DNA of 64,000 nucleotides from Chlamydiota bacterium (GTDB lineage Bacteria; Chlamydiota; Chlamydiia; Chlamydiales; JABDDJ01): NCBI GenBank assembly GCA_013287645.1, contig JABDDJ010000001.1, positions 28,419 to 92,418 of the forward strand, read 5' to 3'. Shown piece by piece: positions 63,255 to 64,000 of this stretch (position 1 is its first letter; each line of letters starts with the position of its first letter). The notes under the pieces were generated by a model. It saw only the letters and a program-made list of their open reading frames with translations, ran no database searches and was not told where the DNA came from. The position numbers and the translations under genes were made by a program.

Positions 63255-63386
63255 AGAATTATGACCTCAATTGGTTAGTATGATTTCAATCTTGAGAAAG
63301 AAATCAGCGATGTAAAAAAGTACATTATAATCTAAGCGGTAAAAAAAAGCAAGTATTTCGATACTATCTAGAGAGAGAAACGAAAA

Positions 63387-63424
63387 GCAAAAAAGCGTAA
63401 AGAAAAAGTTTATTCTTTACGCTT
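63387..63424 (-). terminator. Rho-independent terminator after the 63461..63943 gene
   Basis: On the minus strand the sequence reads aaagcgtaaagaa-taaacttt-ttctttacgc followed by tttttt (stem 63395-63404 / 63414-63423). Confidence 0.8.
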
Positions 63425-63460
63425 TAGCGATGAAAAACCAGAGTATTTATCTAATAGAGA

Positions 63461-63943
63461 TTAAGCTTCTACTGGATGGTGATGCTGTGCTACCTCAATA
63501 TAAGAGGTCCATAGATCTTGCTCTACTCTGCCTTGTCTGATGGATGCAATGAGTTCACGCTTAATGGCGCGGAGGTCATTACGTGGGGATAATTTGCGGA
63601 TCATTTCTTTGTCGCCAGAGATACGAGCCATGTGGAGTAGTCTTTCAAGATCATTTTTGGAGAAAAAATAATGATCGCGACGCTTGCGTGATCCTCTAGC
63701 CGCTCTTGGTTTTGGAGAGACTTTATGAGGATTAGTGGGATGAAGAATGTGTTTTTCGATTTTATCGATTAAAGCACGAGGATTTTCATGCTTCATTTTT
63801 TTCATAGTAAAGTGATGGATATAACCACCCTCGTCAGCAGGAATGTATCTGCAAATATCATTCTCTTTATCTCCAGCTATTTTACGTACAGCTTTTTCGA
63901 TAAGATCATTTAATTTATTTGCTTCAGTAGTTGCGTGACTCAT
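63461..63943 (-). CDS. Hypothetical basic protein
   Basis: 160-aa ORF with its own terminator. Contains a Lys/Arg-rich centre (PKPRAARGSRKRRDH). No motif recognised. Confidence 0.55.
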   Translation of the reverse strand: MSHATTEANKLNDLIEKAVRKIAGDKENDICRYIPADEGGYIHHFTMKKMKHENPRALIDKIEKHILHPTNPHKVSPKPRAARGSRKRRDHYFFSKNDLERLLHMARISGDKEMIRKLSPRNDLRAIKRELIASIRQGRVEQDLWTSYIEVAQHHHPVEA

Positions 63944-64000
63944 TGTTTCCGTCCTTTTTTTGATATTTGGTGCAATATTGTTTATTTGTGCAACAATTGG

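Noticed and set aside
1-64000. Search by eye for rRNA, tRNA (GTTCGAATC-type T-arms), CRISPR arrays, transposases or integrases.
   Set aside because: I recognised none. The regularly spaced repeats are palindromic single units, not repeat-spacer arrays. A covariance-model scan (tRNAscan-SE/Infernal) is still advisable because eye-scanning can miss tRNAs and sRNAs.

Overview
This 64-kb chromosomal window looks like an environmental, non-Chlamydiaceae member of the Chlamydiae. Supporting evidence: three NTT/Tlc-type nucleotide transporter paralogs, a fused SecDF with a huge periplasmic domain, and an Inc-like protein with a bilobed hydrophobic domain. The tsp, gltX, euo-like, recJ, secDF neighbourhood also matches what I recall from Chlamydia trachomatis (CT441, CT445-CT448). 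Core genes: a ppiD-like gene (partial, left edge), queF, an lplA-like gene, rnc, radA, a hemC-hemD fusion, a eukaryote-like Mn-SOD, pgk, a NodT/TolC-type outer-membrane lipoprotein, selU, serS, gltX, tsp, recJ and secDF. Accessory content falls into four groups. (i) A complete dTDP-rhamnose (rmlCDAB) plus Wzm/Wzt ABC-transporter-dependent glycan cluster spans 9.2-18.1 kb. An AT-rich eukaryote-type protein kinase with a perfect IQ motif sits between its two glycosyltransferases. (ii) An AT-rich island spans 18.1-33.6 kb. It holds an AAA ATPase, a 3,659-aa orphan giant protein whose only readable part is a C-terminal SF2-type NTPase core, a GT-B-like 591-aa protein, a 248-bp MITE-like inverted repeat and an orphan HicB-like protein. 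(iii) A cobalamin riboswitch precedes a small 6-TM membrane protein. (iv) Several AT-rich effector-like orphans are present: an LRR protein, proline-rich and membrane proteins, and a tandem CN-hydrolase. Intergenic regions carry families of short-period palindromic repeats. I recognised no rRNA, tRNA, CRISPR array or transposase gene. Start codons are often uncertain because the ORF track uses the longest ORFs, including TTG/GTG starts; I moved starts only where an ATG with an RBS or a tight gene junction supports it.
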